DNA of 64,000 bases. Origin: Basidiobolus meristosporus CBS 931.73 (Eukaryota > Fungi > Basidiobolomycota). The position numbers and the translations under genes are program-made. The notes beneath the pieces were generated by a model. That model was not told where the DNA came from. It did no database searches and saw nothing but the letters and a program-made list of their open reading frames with translations. Numbering within the stretch: the first letter of the stretch is position 1; each line of letters opens with the position of its first letter. The stretch lies in assembly GCA_002104905.1 (NCBI GenBank), contig MCFE01000188.1:1-64000 (forward strand), written 5' to 3'. Of this stretch, positions 38,462 to 51,625 are shown piece after piece.

Positions 38462-40916
38462 ATGTCTGTTGTTGGTATGTTCTCTACTTGTTGCGTACCG
38501 CCTACAGGCGAGGCTTGCTAACGGCTCCTGGTTGTTTCCCACAGGTATTGATTTCGGTTCTCTTCAATCTATTATCGCTGTTGCCAGAAACAGAGGTATC
38601 GATATCGTCTGCAATGAAGTGTCCAACAGAACCACCCCGTAAGTGTTTCGCCACCTGAGTCTCTACAGACGAGTTCCTCTAGCTAACCCTCACCTTTCTA
38701 GTTCCTTGATTTCTTTCGGCCCCAAGCAAAGATTCCTCGGTGAGGCTGCCAAGACCCAAGAAGTCTCCAACTTCAAGAACACTGTTGGTTCCCTTAAGCG
38801 TTTGGCTGGAAGAGCCTTCGACGACCAAGAGGTCCAAGAGATCGAATCCCAATTCATCAACGCCAAGCTTGTTGATGTCGATGGCCAAGTTGGTGTCAGA
38901 GTTAGATACGGTGAATCCGAGACCGACTTCTCCTCCACCCAGCTTGTTGCCATGTACCTCGGCAAATTGAGAGACATCGCTGCCGCCGAGCTCAAGGCTC
39001 CCGTCTCCGATGTTGTCATCTCTGTTCCCGCCTGGTTCACCGATGCCCAAAGAAGAAGCATCCTCGATGCTTCCGAGATTGCTGGTCTCAACTGCCTTCG
39101 TCTCATCAACGATACCACCGCTGCTGCCTTGGGTTACGGTATCACCAAGACCGACCTCCCCGAGGAGCAACCCCGTCACGTCGTGTTCGCCGACTGCGGT
39201 TACTCTTCCTTCACCGTCGCCGTTGTTGCCTTCAAGAAGGGCCAACTCACCGTCAAGTCCGTTGCCTTCGACCGTCACTTCGGTGGTAGATACTTCGACC
39301 AAGTCTTGGTTGACTACTTCGCCGAGCAATTCAAGGAGAAGTACAAGATTGATGTCAAGTCTAGTCCCAAGGCTCTCTTCCGTCTTCGTGCCGGCTGTGA
39401 GAAGCTCAAGAAGGTCCTTTCCGCCAACACTCAAGCTCCTTTGAACGTCGAGTCCATCATGGAAGACATCGATGTCTCCGCCATGATGAAGAGAGAGGAG
39501 TTCGAGGAGCTCTGCAAGGGTATGTTGGAGCGCATGGAGGACACTCTCGCCCAGGCCGTCAAGGACTCTGGTTTGACCGTCGAGCAAATCGACACCATCG
39601 AGGTTGTCGGTGGATCCACCCGTATCCCCGCCTTCAAGGAACGCCTCAGCAAGTTCTTCGGCAAGGACATCAGCTTCACCCTCAACCAAGATGAGGCTGT
39701 TGCCAGAGGTTGCGCCTTGCAATGCGCCGTCCTCTCCCCCGTCTTCAAGGTCCGTGAGTTCGCTGTCCAAGATGTTACCAGCTACCCTGTCAAGTTCACC
39801 TGGACCGCCTCCGACTCTGGTTCCGAGAGCCAACTTGAGGTCTTCAGTCACAACAACCCCGTCCCCAGCACCAAGGTCCTTACTTTCTACAGAAAGGAGG
39901 CCTTCGATGTTGAGGCTTACTACTCCAACCCCGAACTCTTGCCTCCTGGTGTTAACCCTTGGATTGGCAAGTACAGCGTCAAGAACGTTGTCCCTACCGC
40001 CGAGGGTGAACTTTCCACCGTCAAGGTCAAGGCTCGTCTCAACGTTCACGGTATCGTCAACGTAGAGGGTGCCTACATCGCCGAGGAGATCATCAAGGAA
40101 GAGGAGGAGCCCACTCCCATGGAGACCGACGGTGAGAAGAAGGAGGAGAACACCGAGGCTCCCGCCCCCAAGAAGGTCAAGAAGATCATCAAGAAGACCG
40201 AGCTCCCCGTCGTCGGTGGTTCCACCAATGTCGACAAGACCGTCGTTAACAAGCTCAAGGAGCTTGAGAACGAGATGTACGCTGCCGACAAGTTGGTTGC
40301 TGATACCGAGGAACGCAAGAACGCCTTGGAGGAGTACGTCTACGATACTCGTAGCAAGTTGGAGTCCAAGTTCAAGGACTACGTCCTTCCCGAGGTCAAG
40401 GAGAGCTTCTCCAAGCAACTCTACGATACCGAGGACTGGCTCTACGACGAGGGTGAGGATGCCACCAAGAGCGTCTACATCAACAAGCTCAACGAGTTGA
40501 AGGCCATCGGTGACCCAATTGCTCGCCGTTTCAAGGAGCACGAGGAGCGCCCCAGAGCTGCTCGTCTTCTCCGTGAGACCATCGAGAAGTTCGCCATCGA
40601 TGTCACCTCCAACGATCCTCGCTACGAACACATCTCCGACGAGGAGAAGAAGTCTATTGTCGATCGTTGCGAGAAGGCTCAAGCCTGGCTCGCTGAGAAG
40701 ATGGACCAACAGAGTGTTCTCACCAAGGTCCAAGACCCCGTTGTCACCTCCCAGGAAATCCTCAAGGAGAGAGAGGCCTTGGTCTTCTTCGCCACCCCCA
40801 TCCTCTCCAAGCCTAAGCCCAAGCCCGAGCCCCCCAAGGAAGAGGCCCCCGCCGCCCAACCTGAGGCCGAGTCCAAGGCCAAGACCGAGGAGGCCCCCGA
40901 GATGGAGATTGATTAA
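38462..40916 (+). CDS. SSE1: Hsp110-family Hsp70 nucleotide-exchange factor (Sse1/Hsp88)
   Basis: Exons 38462-38474, 38545-38638 and 38702-40916 give [30 protein letters not shown]. Also [48 protein letters not shown]. Strong codon bias; the C-terminus ends EMEID, not EEVD. Confidence 0.97.
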
Positions 40917-41306
40917 ACCCACCCATCACCCCTCTATTTATCTCGAACCCAAACCCGAATGACCTGTTCTCATTGAAATTATTATTAGAATTGTAATCAT
41001 CCAACCATTTCGACACGACTTTTTCACTTGGGCTAACTGCACTCCCATTACACTTCTTCTGTTAATAAAAAGCCTGACCCACCAATTCCCCGTGAACCGA
41101 GTCTGGATCCGATGTGTATACAAAGAAAAAGGCGTCGATGATGACGGCCCTTCATTGGTCGCCGTCGGCAAAACAGTGAGGAAAACAGGCCTACGTGTTC
41201 ATTTATAAAGAGCCCGGGGAGATTCCCCTCGACCTCAGGGTAATTGATTCCCATTCCCATTCCCATTCCTAACCACTGCCCTTCTCTTCAACCCACCAAA
41301 GTAAAC

Positions 41307-41471
41307 ATGAACCGTGGTCCCATCATTCTAACCATCGACGAGGCCGAGTACCTGCTGGATCAGTTCCCCCGTCCCGACCCCGAGGAAGATCCCATGGTCA
41401 CCAAGCTCCGGGAGAAGCTCGAGCTACTCCTGAGCGAGCTTCGCAAGAACGCCGAAGGCTACTCACAGTAA
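41307..41471 (+). CDS. Small 54-aa protein of unknown function
   Basis: MNRGPIILTIDEAEYLLDQFPRPDPEEDPMVTKLREKLELLLSELRKNAEGYSQ. It has an AAAC-ATG context, strong C/G-ending codon bias like the neighbouring HSP110, and a helical amphipathic pattern. Confidence 0.7.
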   Translation: MNRGPIILTIDEAEYLLDQFPRPDPEEDPMVTKLREKLELLLSELRKNAEGYSQ

Positions 41472-41820
41472 GCTTGCAAGTGTGTTCGGGTAATAAAGCC
41501 AACTTTCAGTCGAACTTTGTTTAGGGTGAGGGTTTATTCTGGGAGTAGGCTGGTCTAAAATAGGGGTTGTACTAGAGGAGAGGAGAGGAGCGGAGAAGGG
41601 GGATACACAGGTAGGACTGCTGCTGGTGGTTCCTCGTAAAGCGGAAGGGTATGTATGACATGGTATGATGCGCTGGCGTTTCGACAAAAATACCTCTCCC
41701 CTTTCCCTAGAAACAAAACCCCCGGCTTGGTAAACGTGCAGGGTGGCTGGTCACGCCAACTCCAACCACCCGCGAAGTGCGGGAGAAGGCGGTTCAGCGC
41801 CCCCTGGAAAGTCCCCGGGG

Positions 41821-42335
41821 CTACACGAGCTGTTGGGATTGGTAGCTATGGGGTTTCCCCATCCTTGGAACCATCTGTTTCAAGGTGCAAACTATCCGGT
41901 GAAACCACAGCCGAAACCTCGCCTTCCTCCTCCTACGTCCCATCATGGACACCGAGTCGTCCAGGTCCTTATTCACGGGCGCGTCGGGGTCCGGCACGTC
42001 CTCGAGCGTGTGGATGGACGGGGACCGGAAGTGTCCCGAGTTCGCTTCGTGCAGAGACCTCTCCCTGAGGTTGAGGTTGAGGTCGGTTTGCTGGTTCACG
42101 TATTGGGTGACCCTGGCCCGTTTGGACTCCTTCGCCGGCGGCATCTAGAGAAACAAGAGGGCCCCCGACCCACCGACCGTTAGACAGCCACAAAATTTCC
42201 ATCACTTCGCAAACGCGTGCCCCTTACCAGTGTGTTGTGGGTCTGAAGGTTCTCCTGGGTTAACGGGTGGCTCCTTCTCGATTTCGTCTTCCGGCCTGGG
42301 TCCGACTGCCGGTTGAACGGGCCGAGGCTCGGCAT
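41821..42335 (-). CDS. Hypothetical two-exon protein (about 143 aa)
   Basis: The intron at 42145-42226 (GTAAGG..CTAAC..CTCTAG) joins MPSLGPF..PLTQENLQTHNTL to MPPAKESKRARVTQYVNQQ..RRRRKARFRLWF. The start is uncertain and an upstream exon is possible. Confidence 0.5.
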
Positions 42336-43045
42336 GGGGACTGGGCTCGATGGGGTCTGACCGTGTGGTGGTTGCGATCTTTTCCTTGCTCAAGCTTCGT
42401 TTCTAGTCTGGTCACCGTCCGGAACGAGGGGAGGCGACGTCCCGCTTTAATATGGCTGGTACTCACCTATACAGTGAAGCTATGCGGACTTGACCGGAGT
42501 TTGTAGTGGTGGAAATCAGAGTGAGCAGTACGGATACGGGTACTGATGCTGAGATTGATACCGATGCCGATACAGATGAAGATGGGTGTATGAGGTATTG
42601 GGTGTGGGTGTGGGTGCTGTATTTGAACTGGTAGGGTGGCTGGATACAGTAGAGTGCGATAAATTAACAGATCTAAGTAGCAAGTAGTAAAAACCGATTA
42701 AGTAAGGCTTGGGAAGAACTATAAACAAGGAAGAGGATGGTTCGAATGAACAAAGCCCAGAGGCCAGGAGTGGCCAACTCTAGAGTAGAAATAAGTGGGA
42801 GGGAGGGGTTTCGAGGGGCGGAGTAAATCTCCACATGCATTAGGGGAGATGATACGATTCCGGTTCCAATGTGCCACCAACGAGTCCACAGCATATGTGT
42901 AAGTGATCTCGCCTTATTTCCCCCTCGATAATTTATGTTCCCTCTTTCACTTGCTCTGCCTTTGTCTCACACCAAGATGCGCTGTGCAGGCACTGCTGCA
43001 TGTCGACCATTAATTCCCTCGCCACTCATCCGGTTTTGAGAGTTG

Positions 43046-44548
43046 CTAAACAAATGGCCACTCATCACCGACCACGAAGCCACGTGACACCTCGGACCAA
43101 CACCCAACCCACAGTTGGTCTTTCCTAAGCCGGTCGGTGATGTTCTGCACCTGCTCACGAGGCCGGTATCGAACATGAGCCAACATCATGGATAAACGGG
43201 ACTCGGCGAAGTGCTCTTGCAACCTCACGAACGCTGTTTCCGGGGTGACCAGCTCGATCGGCCTCTCCAGCACCCCCGGAAGCGTCCACGACGAGGCCAC
43301 CGGCTCCGCCAGAGGGACCACCCCGTAGGCATCCCCGACATACATCCTTACCGGTCCCATGTAGTCGTGCTTGGGTAGGAAGGCGATGAGGTGGTCCTCC
43401 GGAATACCCAGGCCCGGGTTCGCCTCGATGCCGGTCCAGCTGAACCGATGGGACCATCCCTTCCAGTGTCCAGGGTTGAGTTGAAATCGCCAACGCGGGC
43501 CGAGGGAGGGTAGGGACCGCGGGGGTTCCTGAAGCTCCTTCCACACCGGATACGGGTAGAACAGACATCCTTTGACGAAGATCTCGCTCCCCGTAGGGAC
43601 CGGGACCCCGGCCTGGTGCAGACATTCCGTCGCCGCCCGGTTCTCCCCCAGCAGCTCGGACGCGCTAAAGCACTGGCGCACTTTTCTGTCCAGCGTGTCG
43701 GCTGGGGACGGTTTGGTGGGTCGGTCAGTCGGTTGGCAGATGGTGAGGATTCGGGGTAAGCGTGGAAAGGTACTTACTGGATTTCGGCCCTTTGAACCAC
43801 TCCAGTCTGAGGTCGTCCAGATCTCCTACACGTCCGCTGGGGCCCAGGAAGTCCTGGTCGAAGATGTAATACTTGATGGCCACCTCCCAGTGGGTGACCT
43901 GGCCTGTTTCTGAGGTGGGGGGTTGAAACACCAGGTCCAGGTCCCCAAGGGTCCTTCTTGCCACCCTCTGTTTCCTGGGTTTCCGGGGGGTTCGTCTTTT
44001 GGCGTCCGGCTGCTCGGTGGGGTGCTGGGGTGACTGGTCACTCTCCCCTACCGGTCTGGTGGGCTGAGGCTCCGGTGGAGTGTCGAACAGCTGAACGCAA
44101 CTCCACACCCGGCCGTCCACCGTCACCCGCTCGCGCAGCCAGTACTCAACCAACATGGCGAAATAGCTTCCCAGCCGGTGGATCGCCTTTTGTCGGTTCA
44201 AAAACTCGTAGAGCGGGCTGGGGTCCTCATCCAAGGCTAGGCCCACGGGGAGAAACGGGGGAAGGGTGGCGAGGGTCAGTTAGAACGACGCTTCAAACGG
44301 TCGGTTGGTTGGGTGGTGGGCGTACCTTCTAGCCAGGCTCTTGACCTTTCGTACTCGGCCAAACCCCACTCCCGAGCCACGAAGGAGCGGCGGAGGCCGG
44401 TTGGTTCCTGAAATATGGGCTCCCCGTGCAGCACCCTAGGTAGAAGGTTGGTTAGGTGGGGGGGGAACGGATGAGGTACTGGCGCACAAGTGGGTAGATA
44501 CCAAGCCAGGTGACGAACCGCCTTGTGTCTAAAGTGAGGGAGTTCCAT
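43046..44548 (-). CDS. DUF1853-like protein (predicted PD-(D/E)xK nuclease-like fold), 445 aa, two introns
   Basis: Exons 44548-44326, 44236-43778 and 43701-43046 total 1338 nt in frame. Motifs: VRHLAW, WLEALDEDPSPL, RLGSYF, TLGDLDL, HWEVAIKYY, GPKSTDTLDRK, KGCLFYP, PGHWKGW, PKHDYMGP. These match the pattern I recall for DUF1853. Confidence 0.8.
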
Positions 44549-45099
44549 GTTGGGCGTGGGTGGGCCGCCGTCGGGAACCGTTCATTTATTCGGTGAGAGG
44601 GCGGATGCTGATTTGTGGATCCACGGATCCCACCGCCTGTGCCTCTGCATTCATCGACCCTGCCCCATATGATATCCTACTTCCCCCGTGCCCGATCGCC
44701 TCCCAAAAATCGGACCTCAGGTGAAGAACGATGGTCCGATTCGTCGGGGACCAACTGGGTCCAAACGCGATGGATTACCAAAGAACTGTGAACCCACGGG
44801 CAATCCAAGGGTGCCGGTTGCTCTTCACCTCCAGATACTTGTATCCAAATGCGCATCTGATGGGCTGCCTTCCCCTGGAAACATTCTCGTGAATGTACCT
44901 AGAGTGCCTGATCCTCCTAACAAAAATGCGTCCCATTACCCAGAAGTAGGTCCAGATCAATCGGAATTCCGCTCAATGGCCCATGGACCAAAATGACCAT
45001 ACTGGATAGCCTGTTTGCCAGAGGGTCATGCATCGCACTGGGTAAAATTAACCATGACCAGATAACCAATTCTGAAGCCACTTAAGGCAACGGGTATCG

Positions 45100-45899
45100 T
45101 GAAGTGAAGTTGTTGATCAACCCACTTGAGCACCCGCAGGCTGACTCCCGCCGGAATCCAGTGTTCCCACCCGAATTGTTGTGTGATTTTGGGGGACATT
45201 GGGACTGATTGGGAGTACTAGTGGGTCTGTGGCTCTCACTTTGTGACTTGTTGCATGTAGAAGTGATGTTTCTGTTGTTACATGGTCTGGACAAAGCAAA
45301 TGGTGTAAGATAGGTCTAGGATGACCGAAACAGCAAGTGTGCCAGACTTGGAGTTGTTTGGATCATTTCGTAAGTTTTCATATACCAAGTGTTGCAAGAT
45401 TCTATAGAGTACCGGAGTTGATTTGGAAAACCATATCTGGCAAGCTAAATTGCAAGACAATAATTTGTATTTCATCAATAAACAACGCAGTGTTGCAAAT
45501 CTTGTATTTTCACACGCGTACTCACTCAACTAGGCCATTCAGATTGGAGTCTGCAAATCTTTGAGTATATTGCCCAATTCCCTTGTTGGAACTTACTTGG
45601 AGTATTTCATCAGGATAACAGGTACCCAGTACACAAGAATATGAAAGTGGTCTAGAGTCTCCCAAACTTTGCTAACATGCACATTGGACCTTTCTGTTGC
45701 AATATTCTGAGTATTGGAAGTGATGTGGAGAACTAAAGGATTTACATGTTATTCACCTATATATTTATTGATCATAAGTATGATATTTGTACTTCTAATA
45801 CAGTAAAGCAAGCAAGCACATAGAGTTTGTAAGGTAAGGCCCCAGGAGTATGTGTGCAAAGTTTAGAGTCTTATGAACAACTTTGAGAAAGATCATAAA
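45100..45899. mobile_element. Older Copia debris: GAG-pre-integrase remnant and two diverged LTR fragments in opposite orientations
   Basis: Minus-strand WHTCCFGHP near 45320. 45565-45694 resembles the middle of the Copia LTR on +, and 45695-45899 resembles the LTR 3' end on -. Confidence 0.5.
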
Positions 45900-47135
45900 T
45901 GTTGTAAGAGTCCTGGAAATATTGGAAGTGATTTGGGAGAAGAAGTAGATTATGTGGTTTTCACTTAATGATTTATTGAATGTAAAAGTAGTATTAATAC
46001 TTTTACATGGTCTTGGCATAACAAACATGTAGAATAGGCTAAGGAAGGTCCCAAGAACATGTGTGCAAAGCATGGGGCCGTTTGGACAACTTTGAGAATT
46101 TTCATGTTCTGGGTACCTGGTATTTTGGTAAAAATATTCCAAGTAAATCCCAACAAGGAATTTGGTCAGTGTTCCCTAGGATTTCAAGGTAATGATCTAA
46201 GTGGCCAAGTTAGGTGAATACTTAGGTGGAATTACAAACTTTTACAACACTCCCACTCAGCTAAATGTTCATACTGACTAGTCCTAATTTTGACCTGAGA
46301 TATTCAAACTTGTCTCTAGCTAATGGTTTGGTCAATATGTCTGCAATCATTTCAACTGAAGGACAGTAAGCTAAGCTAGCTAAGTTATTCTCTATAGCTT
46401 CATGTATGAAATGATGTCTAATTTCTATGTGCTTAGTTCTAGCATGAAAAGTTGGATTTCTACCTAATTGCATGCATCTTGAATATCTTGAAATAAAGTC
46501 ATAGGCATTTTTTGTCATAAGCCTAAATCTGTGAGAAGCTTTCTTAGCCACATTGCTTCTTTTGTAGCCTCACAGGCTGCCATATACTCTGCCTCTGTGG
46601 TGGAAAATACCACAGATGGTTGCTTTCTTGAATTCCATGAAATTGCTCCTTGACAGTAAAGAAAGGTGTATCCTGTGGTGGATCTACTGTCTTCTAAATT
46701 TTGTCCCCAATCTGCATCAGAGTATCCATCAAGATCCTGTTCTAAATCCTTATAAGTGTATCTTAAGCAGATATCAGCAGTTCCTTGCAAATGTCTAAAA
46801 ATCTGCTTAACTGCTGCACTATGATCAGATCCATGGCTCTGATTATACAGGCCAACAACTTCCACTGAACATGGGATATCTGGACATGTTTTAAGCACAA
46901 TATACATCAGACTGCCAACCATAGATTGATAAGGAAAGTCAGGGCTTTCAGATGGCACCAAGCACTCTTGATTTGGTTGAGTTTTGACCAAGTTAAGGTT
47001 TGTCTCCATTGGGGTAGCTGCCAGTTTACAGATTCCATTTGATACTTCTTTAGTATGTCTTGAGTATACTTAGATTGGCTTAGGGTGATAGTCTGGGTAC
47101 TTAAGTAGTAACTGAGCTCTCCTAGAATGGACATC

Positions 47136-49035
47136 TGTGGTAATGGAAAGTATTCCATTACTACAATATCTCTAAACCAATATTGCACTCATTTCTTTAT
47201 TTTGCTTTTTGCTATTGTAACACACAAGTGAAAGATCAAGAATTTCCAACTTTGAAGAACAAATGCTCTGGACCCTGACAAGCAATCCACCCAAGAATAT
47301 TATATCATACAGAACATGTAGTAGCCAACACATGTTTCAAATTACAGCTCATTTGAAGCAGTACTTAAGGAGTTATGACCAAAAGAGTCCAATTATTATA
47401 TATACTATGCCCTATTGCTAAGATTACTAGGGTGACTTTGATCGCGTGTAACTTTTGAACCAGCCAATCAAATCACGTGATATTTTCACAGGTGCTGCGC
47501 CTATGTCCAATCTGCACCACTGCAAGATTTAGCTTTGTATCATGTGAATTGCTTGCGCAATTGCCCAATAACTTTGACCCTTCAAAATTTTCATATATAT
47601 GACTTCCCCAGCTGAAAAATAAAAGAGAGCCTCTCTTTCCAGAATCTCCACACTACAATTACAAGCTTAAAGGTTATAAGACATCCCCTGCATCACTTGC
47701 ACTGTTAAGTATTCTGACTTTGATTAGTACTTCATCAGTAAAGAGACTGCAAAGCTCACAAGAATCCAATCTAAGTTCTACAAGAAACTACCACTTTTCT
47801 GTTGGAAAAGTCCCCTCTGTTGTGCATCAACATTTAAAACTTAGCCAATTTTACTCCGTTTGAAAATCTAGTACACTAACTGCTTTTCCCTAACCCAAAC
47901 ATAACAAATCCCAGTTACAGTTTATTTTATCCCACCTCAGAATCTATTTTTAGCTATCACACCTGATCTATTTTCAAATGGTCATTACGTTATCAACCTA
48001 TCTGCCAAGCCTTCCCAGGTAATTAGTCATCTGAGATCTATCCAACCACTGTGCAGTTGCCAAGACATCAGTTGAGTGATGATGTAATTTTCATTTATCT
48101 TATGCACCTATGAACACCCAAATTGATTTCAATCAATCCAGTCCCTTGGCGCTTACTAATTCAACTTGATCAGAAAAGTATAAATAAAGTTTACTGAACC
48201 TTTTGGTTTAGTGTGTGTCTCAACAAAATTAAGATTCTGTCTCAGCAAAAATAAGAATCCAACAATTCTGTTCTAGTTTCTATCCAAGCCTAGTATATCT
48301 AGCACTCCAAAGAACACCAAGCCTAGCCTGCCTAGCAAACAAATATCATTGTCTTTATAGCCAACCCAGCTATATCTAAGACCAATATTAGATCAGAATC
48401 TTTCTGCTAATATTTCCGCCACTCTCTGAAAATTCTAAGATTCTGCACTTAATTGTCCTTTTGGTTCAGTTAGACCATTCAAGAGTTTTATTACACTTTC
48501 TCTTGGATACAACACCCTCTAAGAAACCCCTTTACTCTAAAGACCCCTTTAGAGACCCCTTTACTCTAAAGAAGCCCCTTTAGGCACCCCTTTAGTGTAA
48601 AGTCCACTTTAGAGACCACTACAAGAAGCCCCTTTACTCTAAAGACACCCCTTTAGACACCGCTTTAGGTTTAAAGACCCCTTTAGAGACTTCTATAACA
48701 CACCCATTTAGGTTAAAGGGGAGTTCAGAATTTCTATATTAGGTAATATATTCTTGGAAAGGAAAGTGACTTCCAAATAAGGAAAAGTTACTATAAAAGT
48801 AAATAAGCCAATTAGTTGACAGAAGGTCAGAACACTACTGTATAAGTGATAAACACTGCCCACAGTAAATTTTGAGCCTAAGATTGAGGAAATTAGTAAA
48901 GTTATATCTTCTACTGGTATAGATCAAACTCCAAGTAAACTATTTCAGTATTAGCATACTGGAAGTTGTTGTATATTTTTGATTAGCCTCTACATTGTAG
49001 AACAAGCCCCAAACTAGTCATAATACAACACAACA
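47136..49035 (+). mobile_element. Solo LTR of the Gypsy Y family inserted in Copia A RT, 4-bp TSD CATC
   Basis: Ends are TGTGGT..CACAACA, near-identical to 55289-56531. CATC lies at 47132-47135 and 49036-49039. Removal restores gacatcctgagctcc, matching the Copia B RT. Confidence 0.93.
47818..48514. mobile_element. Solo LTR Z (697 bp) nested in the Gypsy Y solo LTR, 5-bp TSD CCCTC
   Basis: Ends are TGTTG..CAACA, with CCCTC on both sides. It is absent from the two other LTR Y copies (aagtcccctctaag). Confidence 0.88.
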
Positions 49036-51625
49036 CATCCTGAGCTCCTTAGATAGGCTGGGTTTAGTCTCTTCTAATGTTTTAAGGTTGTTGGCAGCTA
49101 TGATAAGATCATCCACAAATAGAGCTAATAGAGCTGGATTGGCTCTATTTGGCTTATTGTATATACTATAGTCAGCATTACTCCTTTTGAGACTCAAAGA
49201 TTCCAAATAAGAATCTATTTTGCAATTCCAGGCTCTTGGCAATTGTTTGAGTCCATATAGAGACTTTTTAAGCTTGCAGACCAAATGGGGGTTATCTTGG
49301 CCAACAAGCCCATCAGGCCAGTCCAAATACATGTCCTCATCAAGTTCTTTATTTAACAATGCAGTTTATACATCTATTTGATGAATAAAAAACTAATATT
49401 TGGCTGCAATAGCCAATATTAATCTGATGGAATTAAACTTGGCAACCAGTGCAAAGGTCTCAGTATAGTCAAGTCCTTTTGTTTTAGAGTATCCTTTGGC
49501 CACAAGTCTTGCTTTGTATCTTTCAACTGTACCATCAGCCTTGTATTTTGTTTTGAAGATCCATCTACATCCAATTGATTTTAGGTTGATTGGTAATTTG
49601 ACTAAGTTCCAAGTTTGATTTTCCATTAGGGCCTGATAGTCCTCAGTCATTACAGATCTCCAAAACTTTGTCTGAGGGCTGTTTAGCACCTCTTTTACAG
49701 TCTGGGGCTCATCAATATGGACTGAATATGCATAGGCTAAGTTTGTACCCTCATTGATATGGTAATTTGGGCTATTTCTTGTCCAGATGGATCTCTGGGC
49801 ATTTAATACTAGAATGCTCACTTCTGGGATATCCCTGGGCCCTGATTCAGGCTGAACCATTGCTGTAGAGTCTTCTGAGTGAAAGAATTTTTATTGTTTT
49901 GCATGGATTCAATCCTGACAATTAGTGGACTTGAGATCAAATTTATGTCATCATCTGATGACATAATTGATGAAAATCTTGAATTTTCATCAAACAACAC
50001 ATCCCTGGACTTGCTCAGCTTCTTTGTCTTGGTATTTTAGAGTCTGTATGTCTTACTTTCATTGCAGTAGCCCAAAAATATGCATTTTACACTTATTGGC
50101 TCAGTTTTTGACTGGTTTGCAGGCAGTTTCTTGGCATATGCTGTACACCCAAATATTCTGAGATGTTCTGCACTTAGTCTGTATCCATTCCATGCTCCAA
50201 ATGGAGTAGAATCACAAAGTATTCTGTTATAACTCCTATTTTTGAGGTATACAGCTGTGGCAACTGATTCAGCCTAAAATAATAAGATAATGTTTGATCC
50301 TGGATCCTGAATCTTGCTATATCAATTATTGATCTGTTTGCACATTCTGCTACTCTGTTTTGCTGTGGGGAGTATAGTACAGTAGACTCTTGCTTTATCC
50401 CATGAATTTTGCACAAGTGGATGAAGAGTCTTGAGGTATATTTTCCACCATTGTCAGAGGGTATTTTCTTGATTTTTCACCAGTTTCTCTCTCCACCATG
50501 GCTACAAGCTCCCTGTGATTATACATAGCTTCTTGCTTTCTCTCCATGAAGAAGGCCCTTGTGTATCTTGTACAGTCATTAACAACAGTAATCAAATACT
50601 TCAACTTGCCTAAGGATAAACTTTGCAATGGTGCACACAGATCTGAGCAAATTAGATCTAATTTTTCTTAGTTTAAGTTGACCCAGAGCTCTTGATTGGT
50701 TGTCTGGCTTGTTTCCCATATATTCAGGCTTCACAGTGCTCCAAATCATCTGGGGGATCAATTTTTACTCCGGAAATTAGCTGATCTTTGATCATCTTGC
50801 ACAAATTATCAAAATTGATGTGTCCAAATCTCCTGTACCAAAGCATTGATGTTTGTTCATTTAAATTACATATATTGGCTTCCAGATATGACGGAATATA
50901 AGTCAGCTTATACAGATTCTGATCTCTGATACCCAAAGCAATATGAGCACCATTTTGATCAGTCATCCTGCATTCAGAATTGTCAAAGCTGGAACTGAGT
51001 CCTTCTACTATGGCCTTGCTTACAGATAGTAGGTTCTTGGCTAATTTTGGTACATGGAGTACTTCTTTAAAGGTCAGTGTATGGCTTCCTTTACTGCTTT
51101 TAAGGTTGACTTGGAGAGTTCCTTCTCCCACTTCATCAAGTGTTTTATTGTCACCCATGAAAACCTTCTTAATTCAAATTTCTTGATACTGGGTAAAAAG
51201 TTCTTTTTGGTGTGTAATGTGCTGAGATGCTCCAGAATCAGTATACCACATCTGAGAATCCTTACTTGTGGTCAAATTTAGTGCAGATATCAATAGTGTA
51301 TCTTCAGCTGTTGCAGCATTTCCATATTTAAGCCTATTTTGTTGACTATCTCTTTTTATCTAGCACTGGTCTGATGTGAGTCCTTTCTGTTTGCAGTAGT
51401 TGCAGAACAGGTTGCTATTACCTTTGAAAGGTCTTGGTATCTCCTTTGCTGGTTATCATTGCTTATCAAAGCATTCTCCTGTTCCTTCTTATTGGCACTT
51501 TATTTTCTTAATTCTTTGTCCAGGAGCCTTTGATGTACATAATTTAGGGTCAAATCTTCAGTTCTGGACTCTAGGACTGATACAAGGCCCTGAAGCCTGT
51601 CTGTTGGGCTAATCAGCATGGTCAC

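Larger units (their letters stand above)
45900..51625 (-). mobile_element. Ty1/Copia retrotransposon A (decayed); its 5' part is displaced by Copia B
   Basis: 3' LTR 45900-46249 (TGTTG..CAACA) with PPT CTGAGTGGGAG. RNase H: YSDADWG, STTEAEYMA, ARTKHIEIRHHF. RT: YKARLVAKGY. Integrase: HSDLC.., PQQNRVAE.ANR. Also protease/GAG-pre and a gag Zn knuckle. Many stops and frameshifts. Confidence 0.93.

Noticed and set aside
38679-40922. 747-aa antisense ORF spanning HSP110
   Set aside because: It mirrors the sense gene codon for codon. Long antisense ORFs are a known by-product of strong codon bias in Hsp70-family genes, and the translation is L/G/V/D-rich with no domain motifs.
42500-42660. GAT/GGTGTG low-complexity stretch giving small ORFs
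   Set aside because: Simple-sequence promoter or UTR DNA with no coding evidence.
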